Assembly: GCA_013265495.1 (NCBI GenBank) | Contig: MU057848.1 | Coordinates: 1 to 64,000, forward strand | DNA from: Vicugna vicugna | Lineage: Eukaryota | Direction of reading: 5' to 3' | DNA length: 64,000 nt | Shown: piece by piece, positions 37,336 to 48,793 of the stretch | Numbering within the stretch: position 1 is the first letter of the stretch | Layout of the letters: every line of letters begins with the position of its first letter | The notes under the pieces: generated by a model | The model's database searches: none | What the model was told of the DNA's origin: nothing | Seen by the model: the letters and a program-made list of their open reading frames with translations, nothing else | Made by a program: the position numbers and the translations under genes

Positions 37336-39003
37336 ATGACCTATTTTTATCATCATATCTACTATTATGCAATGGAGGCTTACCAAGCCTTGAGATGCAA
37401 AGGCATTGGGTGGCATGAAGTTCTGGGTTTACTGCACACTTCCTCTTCTGCTAACATGACCACCACAGCTCTCAGTTTCCTGCAGAGCATTCAGTGGGCC
37501 AACAGGCCCAACAGCAGGACCAGTGTGGGGCCCGAGCAGCCATGTGGTGAGGGCCGTGTTGTAGGAATGGCAGGCGTAGTGAGTGGTAGCAATCCTTCTC
37601 AAGAGCAGACCAGGCATTGGGCATTTTGGTCACCTGGAGTCACACCTGACTCTGTTCATAGGTGCTGGCTTCCCAAAGGTCTGACACCACGTCCTGGCAA
37701 GCAGAAGCCTCGCTCTCAGAGCAGTGGTGTTCCTCCTTTTTGAAACTTGATGCCTCGTGTTCAGTCCAAGAGCGCCCCTTGGGCGACGTGTCCTGGTCAG
37801 TGGGTGTGGTTAGATGTTTGCAGTGGACACAGCTTGGTTGAGGGGCAGCCCCGTGTTTTAGGATCCACCATGGGTGAGGATTGTATTTCCAAATCATATC
37901 CATTCTCCTCACTCCAAGCAACGCGGTAGAGGGAAAGAACATTCGACCTGGGCTGGCAGGTTGAAAACACACAGATTGTGCTTCTTTGGGCAGAAGAGCG
38001 ACACTGTGAGTGGATTTGGTACTGGCTGGAACTGAAGCAGCTTCCTGGATTTTACTGAGCTGCCGACTCGGTTTTGTTTCTTTTTTTTTTTTTTCCTGCT
38101 CTGTGGCCCTAGGGGTGCCCCTGTGTACCCACAGGCCCAGGATTTCCAGCCTGCCTGCTGTCTGGGGTTCAGGCTAGTTGGTGGGGACCCCTCATCTCAT
38201 TGAGGCTATGACAGGAGCATTTCCCAGAACACCCAATTACTCCCCATGACCCCAGCCTTGGGGTCTGTGCGTACTCAGGATCCAGCCTCCTTACTGCCAC
38301 CAACCCATCAGTGATGGCCCACCAATTGGTAAAACTGTCTTAGGAAGTGCTCCAGCCATCTCTGCCCGGTGCTCATTAAGTGAGAGACAAAACTTAACAA
38401 GACTTGAAGGATGGTGAGCAGGCAGGGTGAGGGAATTGCCTGGAAGTAAATGGCTCTTAATGGAAACAGGTGTGGAGAGGAAGCCACAAGACTGTACACA
38501 CTTTCCTGTGTCCATAAACTTGGGGATTTCTTAAAGTCTTGGGACCTAACCTTTGTGAATGTCAAAGAATTATCACAGTCATGGAAAAGTTAACGTACCC
38601 GGAACTGCCTGGTTTTCTTATTCAATTTTGTGGGTTTAGCAATTTCAACAAATCCTGCTTTCTGTTGTCATAAATCCTGACTTAAAGGGCTCTCCGAGGG
38701 CCACTTGTAAAGAGTAATGGGGTGGGCTGGCCGTGCACAGTTTTGCTCCCCAGCACCTGCTGCCAGGAGGACCCCGGCACCTTCCTAAACATGTGCTGTT
38801 GCACAGGGGTCTTTGGGTCTGCTGTGCAGCTGGCTGCCCGGAGTCCAGAGGCAGATCTAGTGCTGCTGGAGGCCCGGCTGGGGCAGGGAGACCTGATCCC
38901 GCCTAACCTGCTTACTGCCCTGACCATTAATTTTCATAGACACTCAACGAGGTTGCCCACCCGACTCTCAGGACCCTGCTCTAACTTTCACAAGACAATT
39001 CTT

Positions 39004-39972
39004 TTTATTTTAATTGAAGTATAGTTGATTGGAATATACTTGTGTTAATTTCTGCTGTAGTGTGTAGAGCATTGTGATTCAGTCATACGTATATATATTC
39101 TTTTTCTTTATAAGTTTTTACAAGATGTTGAATACAGTTCCCTGTGCTCTACAGCAGGACCCTGTTGTTTATCTATTTTATCTCTGCTAATCCCAAACTC
39201 CTAGTTTATCTTCCCCTTACTCCACTTTCTTCTTTAACAAACATGGATTTGTCTTCTACGTCTGAGTCTCTGTTACTGTCTTGTGAATAAGTTCCTGTGT
39301 GTCATTCATTTTCTTAGATTCCACATACAGGTGTTGTCATATGGTATTTGTCTTTGCCTGACTTACTTCACTTGGTATGATCATCTCTAAGTCCATCCTT
39401 CTTGCTGCAAGTGGCATTATTTTATCCTTTTTTATGGCTGAGTAGTATTCCATCACATACATCCACCACACCTTCTTTATGCAGTCATCTGTTGATGGAC
39501 ACTTAGGTTGTTTCCAGGTCTTGGCTATTGTAAACAGCGCTGCTGTGAACACTGGGGTAAAGATGTCTTTTTAAATCAGTTTTCTCTGGGTACATACCCA
39601 GGAGTAGGATTGCTGGATCATTTGGAAAGTCCACTTTTAGTTTTTTTGAGGAACCTCCATACTGTTCTCCATAGTGGCTGTGCCAATTTACATTCCTAAG
39701 AACAGTGTGGAAAGGAAGGTTCCCTTTTCTCCACACCCCCTTGAGCATTTACCATTTGTGGACCTTTTCATGATGGCCATTCTGACTGGCATGAAGTGAA
39801 TGAAGTGATATTGTAGTTCTGATTGGCATTTCTCTGATAATCAGCAATATTGAGCATTTTTTCATGTGCCTATTAGCCATCTGTATGTCTTCATTGGAGA
39901 AATGTCTGCTTAGGTTCTCTGCCCATTTTTGCATTTGGATGTTTATTTTATTTTTATTGAGTTGTATGAGCT
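39004..39972 (-). mobile_element. 5'-truncated LINE-1 (about 1 kb)
   Basis: ORFs 39337..39552(-) MFTAALFTIAKTWKQPKCPSTDD.. and 39749..39982(-) [34 protein letters not shown] are ORF2p C-terminal segments. Confidence 0.95.
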
Positions 39973-39984
39973 CCCAAACCAATT

Positions 39985-40293
39985 TTTTTTTGGTTTATAC
40001 ATATTTTTATTGAAGCATAGTCAGTTTACAATGTTGTGTCAACTTCTGGTTCATAGCACAACGCTTCAGCCATATGTGAATATACATATATTCATTTGCA
40101 TATTCTTTTTCACCATAAATTACTGTAAGATATTGGATATCATTCCCTGTGCTGTACAGTACAAGCTTGTTGTTTATCTATTTTGTGTGTAACAGTGAGT
40201 GTCTGCAAGTCTCGAACTCCCAATTTATTCTTTCCCACCCCCTTTCCCCACTGGTAATCATGTTTATTTTCTGTGCCTATGAGTCCGTTTCTG
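39985..40293 (-). mobile_element. 5'-truncated LINE-1 3' UTR (younger type)
   Basis: T tail, ttattgaagcatagtcagtttacaatgttgtgtc; TSD ccaaaccaatt at 39974-39984 and 40294-40304. Confidence 0.92.
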
Positions 40294-41499
40294 CCAAACC
40301 AATTCTTGACACCTTCCCCCACCTCATGCTTTTCTTTGGCAATGTCCTTAGGACCTGGCCACATCCACACATGTATTCTGGTCATGGAGCCTCAGCCTGG
40401 TCCTGGTTCCCTTTTGTTCAGTGTCCTTATGCTGGCTTCTCAACTCTCTGCTGGCTGGCTTTGCTCCCAGGACCAACAAAATCCTCAAACTAAAGCATTT
40501 TATTCTTTTGTCACCGCATTTCTCAACTTAGTGAAAATCCATTTTGAAAATAGTATAAATATCCAACAAGATGGGTTTACATAAGTAAATTATAGCACCT
40601 CCAAGGCACATTACGTAGTCATTAATGTGCTAAATGCAATGACTGGGTCAGAACCAGGAAGAAAACAGAAGGAATTAAATTGAACATGCATTATGTAAAA
40701 GCTGTGTATACATGTGGGTTCACTTACAAGGGCAAGTATAAAAATTATTCCTTGTGGGAAAGCGATGGAATTATCGGTGAACTTCTGTATTTTCTTTCTT
40801 AATATTATGATTAGAAAAAGTGTGGGAAAGAAAATCATTGTGGATGGTGGAGTTCTGTGCGCTCTTGTGTGGCGTCACTGGCCCAATATTGAGACATGGG
40901 CCGAGTGTGTGGACCCGGGACCTGCAAGTCTGTCCTTTCCTGCTGGCAGGACCCCTTGGTCCAGCCTCAGAGATGCTTCATGTCTTCAGGATGTCCCAGC
41001 TTCCAAAGGACCACATCAGGTTCCCAGAATCAGTCAGAAAACTGGGGTCTGGCCCGTGATCCACTGATGTGTTTCTTAAGACTGCTTTCCTCCAAAGAAA
41101 GGTGAAGGTTGCTGGAAACCAGTGATGTGAATGGACCCCAGTCCTCCTCCACCATCATCCTCAGTTAAACTGAAGATGAGAAGATGGACTCAGAGGATGA
41201 AGGTCATGTTGCATCCTGATGCGAGGCTCTGAAATACTCAACATCAAACTCCTCAAAGAAACATTACCTCTTTTTTTCTGGGCCTGGACCATGAACTTGC
41301 CTCTGTCACTGACTGACCCACACTGCTCCTGTCCCCTGAAGGTGGCAAGGAGAAAGCAGACACCCTTTACCATCTTCAGACATCCCCCTCATTTCACCCG
41401 CTCCCTGAAATACGGTACACATTTTTCTTCATTTAACCAATGCTTATTGACTGCCTACAATGAGATGAGCCATTATGACTTTCTGTTTAAAATCCATCA

Positions 41500-42155
41500 A
41501 TTTTTTTAATTTTTATTTTTTCATTGAAGTATAGTCAGTTTACAATGTTGTGTCAGTTTCTGGTGCACAGCATAATGTTTCAGTCATACATACACACACG
41601 TATGTTCATTATCATATTCTTTTTCATTATAGGTTATGACAAGATATTGAATACAATTTCGTGTGCTCTACAGAAGAGACTAGTTATTTATCTATTTTAT
41701 GTATAGTAGTTTGTATCCGCAAATCTTGAACTCCTAATTTATCCCTTCCCCACTTGCTAACCATAAGTTTGTTTTCTCTGTCTGTGAGTCCTATTCTGTT
41801 TTGTAAATAAGTTCATTTGTGTCTCTTTTTTTTAGATTCTACATATAAGTGATATCATATGGTATTTTTCTTTCTCCTTCTGGCTTTACTTAGAATGACA
41901 ATCTCCAGGTCCATTCATGTTGCTGCAAATGGCATTATTTTATCATTTTCATGGCTGAGTAGTATTCCATTGCATAAATATACCACAGCTTCTTTATCCA
42001 GTCGTCTGTCAATGGACATTTAGGTTGTTTCCATGTCTTGGCTATTGTAAATAGTGCTGTTATGAACATTGGGGTGCATGTATCTTTTTGCATTAAAGTT
42101 CCCTCTGGATCTATGCCCAGGAATGGGATTGCTGGATCATATGGTAAGTCTGTTT
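41500..42155 (-). mobile_element. 5'-truncated LINE-1 (ORF2 end plus 3' UTR)
   Basis: T tail plus ttgaagtatagtcagtttacaatgttgtgtc..; closely similar to the copy at 23771-24433. Confidence 0.95.
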
Positions 42156-42240
42156 CTATTCAATATAATATTGGAAGTCCTAGCCATAGCAATTAGACAA
42201 GAAAAAGAAATAAAAGTGATCCAGATTGGACGAGAAGAGA
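42154..42240 (+). mobile_element. Sense-strand LINE-1 ORF2 reverse-transcriptase fragment fused to the antisense L1
   Basis: ORF 42069..42296 encodes LFNIILEVLAIAIRQEKEIKVIQIGREE, the L1 RT segment between QGCPLSP and FADD. Confidence 0.9.
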
Positions 42241-42752
42241 GGACAGTTCTCCCTGGGCTGCTCAGGAAGTCATGGTGGGTCCTAGGAATGCTCTAGGGTG
42301 CTGAGATTCTGGTCTCCCCTGGACCTGGTGACAATGGGGAAGGCAGCCTCCTCCTACACATCTCCCCAGGATCTTTAAGCTTCAAAAGTATAGGAGATCC
42401 TTGCAGCGGAGGGCTCCAGCTGTCTCTCCAGTTGATGAGGTTGTTAGCATCCTCTCAGGAGCAGTCTGGGATGGAGGGTGAGGGTCTGTGCCTAAGTCTG
42501 CCTTCCAGAATCCACACAACATGATGTTTTGGAAGAGGACACATTTCAGGCACCAAGAACAGAATGAAAGGTGTTGGCTGTGAGGGGTGATGTTCTTCCT
42601 GATGGACAGGCTGGCCCCGCTGTGGTCATCAGCTCCTTACTGGGTTTCGTCACTATGGTCAGTGCCGGTCCCCCCACCTCACATGGTAGAAGGGCCCCCA
42701 TCAATACCCCAGTCACCCTTGCAGGCGCTGAAGTTGGGCCAGCAACCCTGTG

Positions 42753-43272
42753 AGTATGAATCATGTCTTTATTTTCCGTATTCTTTTCCTTGGACATCTG
42801 GGGTCTTGCTGAGCCTGGAGGGACTGCCCCCTCCCTGCCAGGATCAGACAGTTCCTGGAGATGGAAACCTTTCATATGCAAACCAGGCAATCCGGAGCCC
42901 ACCTTCTCCAAGGGGCTCTCACACTCTGGGCCACCATCCCTTGCCCTAATCACACTGGGGCCAGGTCCCAGACAACTAGGGGCAGCCACCGTGCCTTAGA
43001 ACCTGCTAAAATAATTTGCACTAGACAGTCCTAAGCCTGTTTACCCTGCATCTCCCTATTTATTTTTATTTTTTTGCATAGAAGCCACAGTAAAGGCTTT
43101 TGTCCCCAGCCGTGTTCACTTCATCTGTGCCCAGACTGATCCTGGTGCTTCCCCGGGTGCCCCCCCTCCCCTTTTGCAATCTGTGAGCAATAAACTATCT
43201 TTTCAATGGATGCCGTCTCCTGATTTGCTGGCCTTGCCATCCCTAGATAACCATAAAACCTGTATTAAAACA
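42753..43272 (+). mobile_element. ERVL-class solo LTR (MER54/MER74-like)
   Basis: catgtctttattttccgtattc..gacatctggggtcttgctgagcctggagggactgcccc.., AATAAA near 43189, gtctcctgatttgctggcctt, ends ..attaaaaca. Confidence 0.7.
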
Positions 43273-43939
43273 GGGAGTTTGCTTGGTAATGTACCAGCAG
43301 GAGGCTGGACTCGGGCATCTCAGATTCAGAGATGCTCAAGGATATGTTTTCCATTAACACTTGCCCGGTAGAACCAGGTGTGCAGCTTCTGTGTCCCGAT
43401 TACTCTCCATCTGACAGTGATGTACAACCACCATGCCAGGCCCTTAAGTACAATCCTCTAAATCTATATTTCTTACCAAGCCTGATTATTTGTCTTGCTG
43501 ACAATATTAGTTCTTGGAAATGCAATTTTTTAAATTAAAGAACTTTATAACTTGGTTCCCCGGAAGAGCTCCATCCAGCCCAGATGAGGACATTTATCTC
43601 CAGTTCTGTCCCCTCGCTGATATTTTAATATCGCACAATTCACTTAACAATGTGCCTATTAATTACAGCAGACTCTCACAATCATCTTCCTGGACTGCCA
43701 CAAATTACGTAGTTGGAGGAAAGTTTTCCTCTCTTAAAATTCTTGCTGGTTCTGAGAAATAATTTGCTTGGCATCATTACCACGTTAAGATATTTTCCCA
43801 AAGATTTTCACAATTTAAACTACACACTGTGAAGAAATGCGTAAACCATAGGAAGTAAACTCCACTGAGATGCTATTTGTGACTCGGGTTTGGAAAGGAT
43901 GCTGGAAGAAAGAGACCAGTTGCTGAATTCAAGGTTTCA

Positions 43940-44282
43940 GAAGGCGTCCCCAGCCTGCAGTTTCTCAGTTTCTGTCTCCTGCCTGTCTCCCCTCTTCTTC
44001 TGTTCTCCATCAGGCTTTATCCTCATGGGCACAGCACACAGCAGCAGACCTGAGTTCTACCCAAGGTCAGGTTGAAGAGTTAGACTGCAGGTGTTGCTAC
44101 TCCTAGTTGGTTCTGATCATCAGTGGGCCATCTTTGAACCAACCCCTGTGCCAGGTGAATGGAATTCTCTGATTGGCCTCATAGAGGAGGGGAGGCATGG
44201 ATCCCAGGAGAGAAGAACAAGGGGATTAGTTCTAGAATAAAGAGAAGACATCCTGACGACCAAAACCCACATCTACCCACAG
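43940..44282 (-). mobile_element. Old MaLR LTR (MLT1K/L-like)
   Basis: caggctttatcctcatgg..cagcagcagacctgagttc..ctttgaaccaacccctgtgccaggtgaatggaattctctgattggcc..catctacccaca. Confidence 0.55.
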
Positions 44283-44446
44283 CATGCTCTGGGAAGGATG
44301 CTAGCCCACTCGCAGAGCTGAAATCACTTCTGATATAAATTCCAAATTTTGGAAAAGAAAGTGCTTGTAGACATTTGAAGCAATTCCTAACCTATAACCT
44401 AAGTTACTAAGAGATACCATATTATGTCCCAAAGAGAAAACCTCAA

Positions 44447-45181
44447 CTAAAATACCTAGGAATAAACCTACCTATGAAGGTAAAAGACCTGTACTCTGGA
44501 AACCATTAGAAACTGATGAAAGAAATTGAAGACGACTCAAACAGATGCAAAGATGTGCTGTGTTCTTGGGTGAGATGGATTAATATAGTTAAACTGGCCA
44601 TCCTACCCACAGGCAATCCTGTCAAAATATTGATGGCATTTTCCACAAAACTAGAATGAATAATTAAAAATTTTTTTTGGAAACACAAAAGACCCTGAAT
44701 AGCCAAAACCATCATGAGAAAGAAGGAAAGAGCTGGAGGAAGTGAGCTCTTGAGTTCAGAATATATGGCAAAGGTACAATAATCAAAACAGTGTGGAATT
44801 GGCCCAAAAGCAGACACGTAGATCAATGGAACAGGATAGAAAGTCCGGAAATAAACCCATGCACTCAATCTATGACCAAGGAGGCAAGAAGATATGATGG
44901 AGAAAAGACAGACTCTGCAGTAAGTGGTGCTGGGAAAACTGGACAGCTCTAGCAAAAGCCTGAAATTAGAACATTCTCTCACACCATGTACAAAAATGAA
45001 CTCAAAATGGATTAAAGACCTAAAGGTAAGACTGGATACTATGAAACTCCTCGAGGAAAACTTAGGCAGAACACACTTTGACATACATCACAGCAATATT
45101 TTTTTTTTGAATCAGCTTCTAGAGCAATGGGAATAAAAGCAAAAATAAACAAATGAGACCTAATTAAACTTAAAAGCTTTT
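44447..45181 (+). mobile_element. Internal LINE-1 ORF2 fragment (no 3' UTR or A tail)
   Basis: aaatacctaggaataaacct (KYLGINL), gatcaatggaacaggataga (DQWNRI); ORF 44924..45136 [26 protein letters not shown]; ends at gacctaattaaacttaaaagcttt (DLIKLKSF); contains stops and frameshifts. Confidence 0.95.
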
Positions 45182-45546
45182 AAAGCTTCAAAAGCCTACT
45201 GGTATCAAGGGTGTAAATGTAAGTGTACAAGGCATGTGAACAAGTATGATGCTTCAAGTTAAAAAATAATAGTAAAAATTGTCCACTGGATTTTTTTTTT
45301 TTTTTTTACCAATTCTAACTCCGACCTGACTTAGAGCTTTCTCGGTGAGAGTACGTGGTGTTCTTCCAAAACCAATGAGAACACGCTCAACTCTACCATG
45401 AGTTGTACCACGTCTCCCAGCCCCCGATGACCTACAACAGAATCCTTGCAGTGTTGTGACACACAAAGACAGACAGTTTTACTGTTGGTTTTGTCCTCCA
45501 AGCTGACACTGAGAAGGGATTTCATGCTGGAATGGTCGGCCTGGAC

Positions 45547-45758
45547 CAGGGCATCCAATGGAATGTTTTATGATGATGGACATGGTCCAGACTGCACGAT
45601 CCCATATGGCACCCACCGGTCACTGGTGGCTCTAGGATGCTCGAAATGTGGCTGGTGCCACTGAGGACATGCGTTTTGAATTCCATCTAATATTAATCAA
45701 TTCAAATTTACATTTAAATAAGCATGGGTGACAAGTGGCTGCCAATTGGGACACTGTG
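45547..45758. mobile_element. MER3-like non-autonomous hAT-Charlie DNA transposon
   Basis: tccaatggaatgttttatgatgatggacatg..gaaatgtggctggtgccactgagga..aattcaaatttacatttaaata..gtggctgccaattgggacac. Confidence 0.8.
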
Positions 45759-48524
45759 GGTGTCGAGTGTTGACAGCATGAATGGGTGAGATGTTTGCTG
45801 TTGGGATGTGACTCCAACAAGGGAGAAGCCTACTCTCAGGGGACTTTATACACAACAACAACACCATGATCCAGCTGTAAATGGGAGCCAGACACTGAAG
45901 GAGGACCAGCAACCACCCCCTGGCTTCACGGATCCTCAGCTCAGGGAACCCCGGGCTCCAGCAGGGCTCTCTCACGTGGCTCCAAGACTTAAACTTGGGT
46001 TAAACTTGGCCATCATCCTGCTCCCATAGACCCCAACTTTCTATTGATCAGGCTGAGGGGCTGCCAGCTCACCCAGCACATTTGGGGCTCATGGTGTGTT
46101 GGACGCTGTTGCTGGAGACAGAACAATAGTTACATCTCATGAGTGTGCCTTAGAAAGCTGCAGTACTGCCCTTACATAAGTCTTAGCAAAATAGGAGAAT
46201 TTCAGAACCGGAAGGGACTGCAGGGTGCACCCACCTTGTCCGACTGTTTCTACTTCGTGGATAAGAGAGCAGAGCTCAACGAAATTGACTTGCCTTCAGC
46301 CACTTAGCTCATTAGTCACAGAGTTGAAATAGAATTCAGGTCTTCTGGTTCCCAGTTTCTTTTCAGTACAAAATGTGGCTTATCTGTGTTTTGTCTAGAA
46401 GGCACACCACATTTTTGACAACATTTCAATGGTAGGGACGTGCTACAATATTAACATTTTTTTTCCGTCCTAAATTGTCACTCTCTTCAGATGCCTGCCG
46501 AACAGAGAAAGCCTGTGTCTGATGAAAGGATTTAACTTAAAGAATGCACTTGACTGCATTCAGATAAACCCTTCCTTTAAACAGTCTGCACTTGAAGCTT
46601 TTATCCCAGATCCCATTGTGAGGTGATAATGAGGTGCCGAAAACTAATTAGCTCATCAGACGAAACTGTCTGGTCCGCCATCTGCTGAGTCTGGAGAGTG
46701 ATAGTCCCTGGTCCAACTGAGAAGGGGGCTAAAAATATTCGTAGTTTCCTGTTCCGTGCTCTGCTTTTGCCCTGGTGTGCAATGCAGAAGGCGTTACGTA
46801 AGCCCCACCAGCCGGATCCGTGGTCCCACGTGGCACGTACCTGTAGCCTCCCAGATGCCAGAACTCAGCATTGTTCTCAAATACGTGGGTCCTCCGCCAA
46901 CACACATACCCCATTACATCGTATATTTGAGGGGAATGAGGATGGTGTATTCGAGACTCCAAGTATGGTGCCCTCATTGGCCAATTTGCCGAGACCCCAG
47001 AGTACCCACCCATAGCGTGTCCATCCCATCTGGATTTTGGAATGAACTCTTGGGCAGGTGGCCTCTGTTATCATGCATTCAAGAGGCTCATGTCTCTGCA
47101 ACGAGGCAACCTTTATCTTTTCCCTTAAGCATCTTGTTCTTTTATCTTAGAATGAAGAACAAGGCTTGAGGACCAAGTTTGCTCCCCCAGAATTATTAAC
47201 GTGTCAATAACGGTTTGCTTTTACGAGCTGGGTTCTCACGCACTAGGCATCGCTGGTCCAGGACAGCTGGCGTTTGACTTTTTTGATCTGTGTGCTCTTG
47301 GCGCCTACTTTTTAGAGCTCTCTGGGGGAAATGTCTAAGCTTTGGGTGTCTACTCCGGGTGACAGGGTGCGAAGTTTATGCAAAGGCCCCTTTTGTTCAA
47401 TTATCTTGGTTGTCTTGTCCCTATTAGGGTTCAAAACTGAAAAGTCAAATTCTTTTTGAAAATTACTCAACCTGCATGCTCACATAGAAGACAGACAGTG
47501 AGGGAAAGGAATTCAAAATTGGAATCCGAAATCCCAAATTCTCAGTAGGACCTCCACCAGAAACCAGTCGTATTTGCGTAAATGCTAAATAATTAATGAC
47601 ATTTGGGATGCTGGGGTGAGATTTTACCTTGTAGGGTAATTTTTCTCTTATAAGCGAGGGACAGTGTGAATTCTCTATTCTGGAAAATCTTAATGACGCG
47701 TATTTACACGTCACTTTTGCAATCAACTCTTCCACTTGAAATCGATTTATGCTGGCGCTTCCTGGGTGTGCTAACTGGTGTGTCCAGAGTCCTCTGTGAT
47801 GGACAATAAACCAACGCAAACCTGCATGGCAACAGCCGTGGAGACAGATGACCAACAGTGTGAACCAAACCGAACCCCCAGAGTTAGCGCTGGAAGCGTG
47901 TTAACATGGCCCCACGTATGTCGACTTTCCACTGTCTCCCTCCCCATTGTTTTGTTGGTTAATTGCTTCAAGTGTGAGCGCTGAGGGTTCCTCCACCCCA
48001 TCTTTATGGTAGTTTAGACTGGCTGACCCGCCCGCCTTCCAGCCCTCAGTGACTCTTTGGCATCGCAGTCCACACGCCGCTAGCGGGGCGCCCTCCTGAC
48101 CCTCCCACTTCGTCCTTCTCTCTGGTCATTTGCATGGCCTGCTCCCCAACCTTGAGGGGTTTCTCCTGTTCTAGGCTCCATGTGCGCACTGTATCCCTCA
48201 CTCCTTTGATCCCTGCTAGACTCTTGTGACTTAAAATGTGGTTTGGCATCACCTGTGAATTGATGAGAAATGCAGAACCTCAGGCACCATCACCAGCTCC
48301 CTAGGAAGGTCCCCAGAGGGTCTGTGCACAATCAGAGCTCTGAACGCCTGTCTGGGCCCCAGGACTGTTTCTCTCTCCTTGGCTTCAGGCCCTGACCCTC
48401 TGTGGATCCCTCCCCCACCCCTAGATGCCCACCAGGGACCATCTGACCGTGGTCTTCAGCATCGGATGGGGGGCAGGGAACAACACAGCAGCAACATGTC
48501 TTGGAGAAGGATGTTCTGAATCCC

Positions 48525-48793
48525 AAACATAGAATACAAAGTTGTGGTTCCCAGGGCGATGGGGGTGGAAAGGGACTGGGATTTCAAAGTGTTGAATAGA
48601 TAAACAAGATTGTACTGTGTAGCACAGGGAAATATATACAGGATCTTGTGGTGGCTCACAGCAAAAAAAAAGTGACAATGAATATATGTATGTTCATGTA
48701 TAACTGAAAAATTGTGCTCTACACTGGAATTTGACACAACATTGGAAAACGAGTATAACTCATTAAAAAAAGTTTATATATTTAAAAAAAAAC
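48525..48793 (+). mobile_element. 5'-truncated LINE-1 3' UTR (younger type)
   Basis: aatagataaacaagattgtactgtgtagcacagggaaatatatacaggatcttgtggtggctcacag..aatttgacacaacattg plus A tail. Confidence 0.9.
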
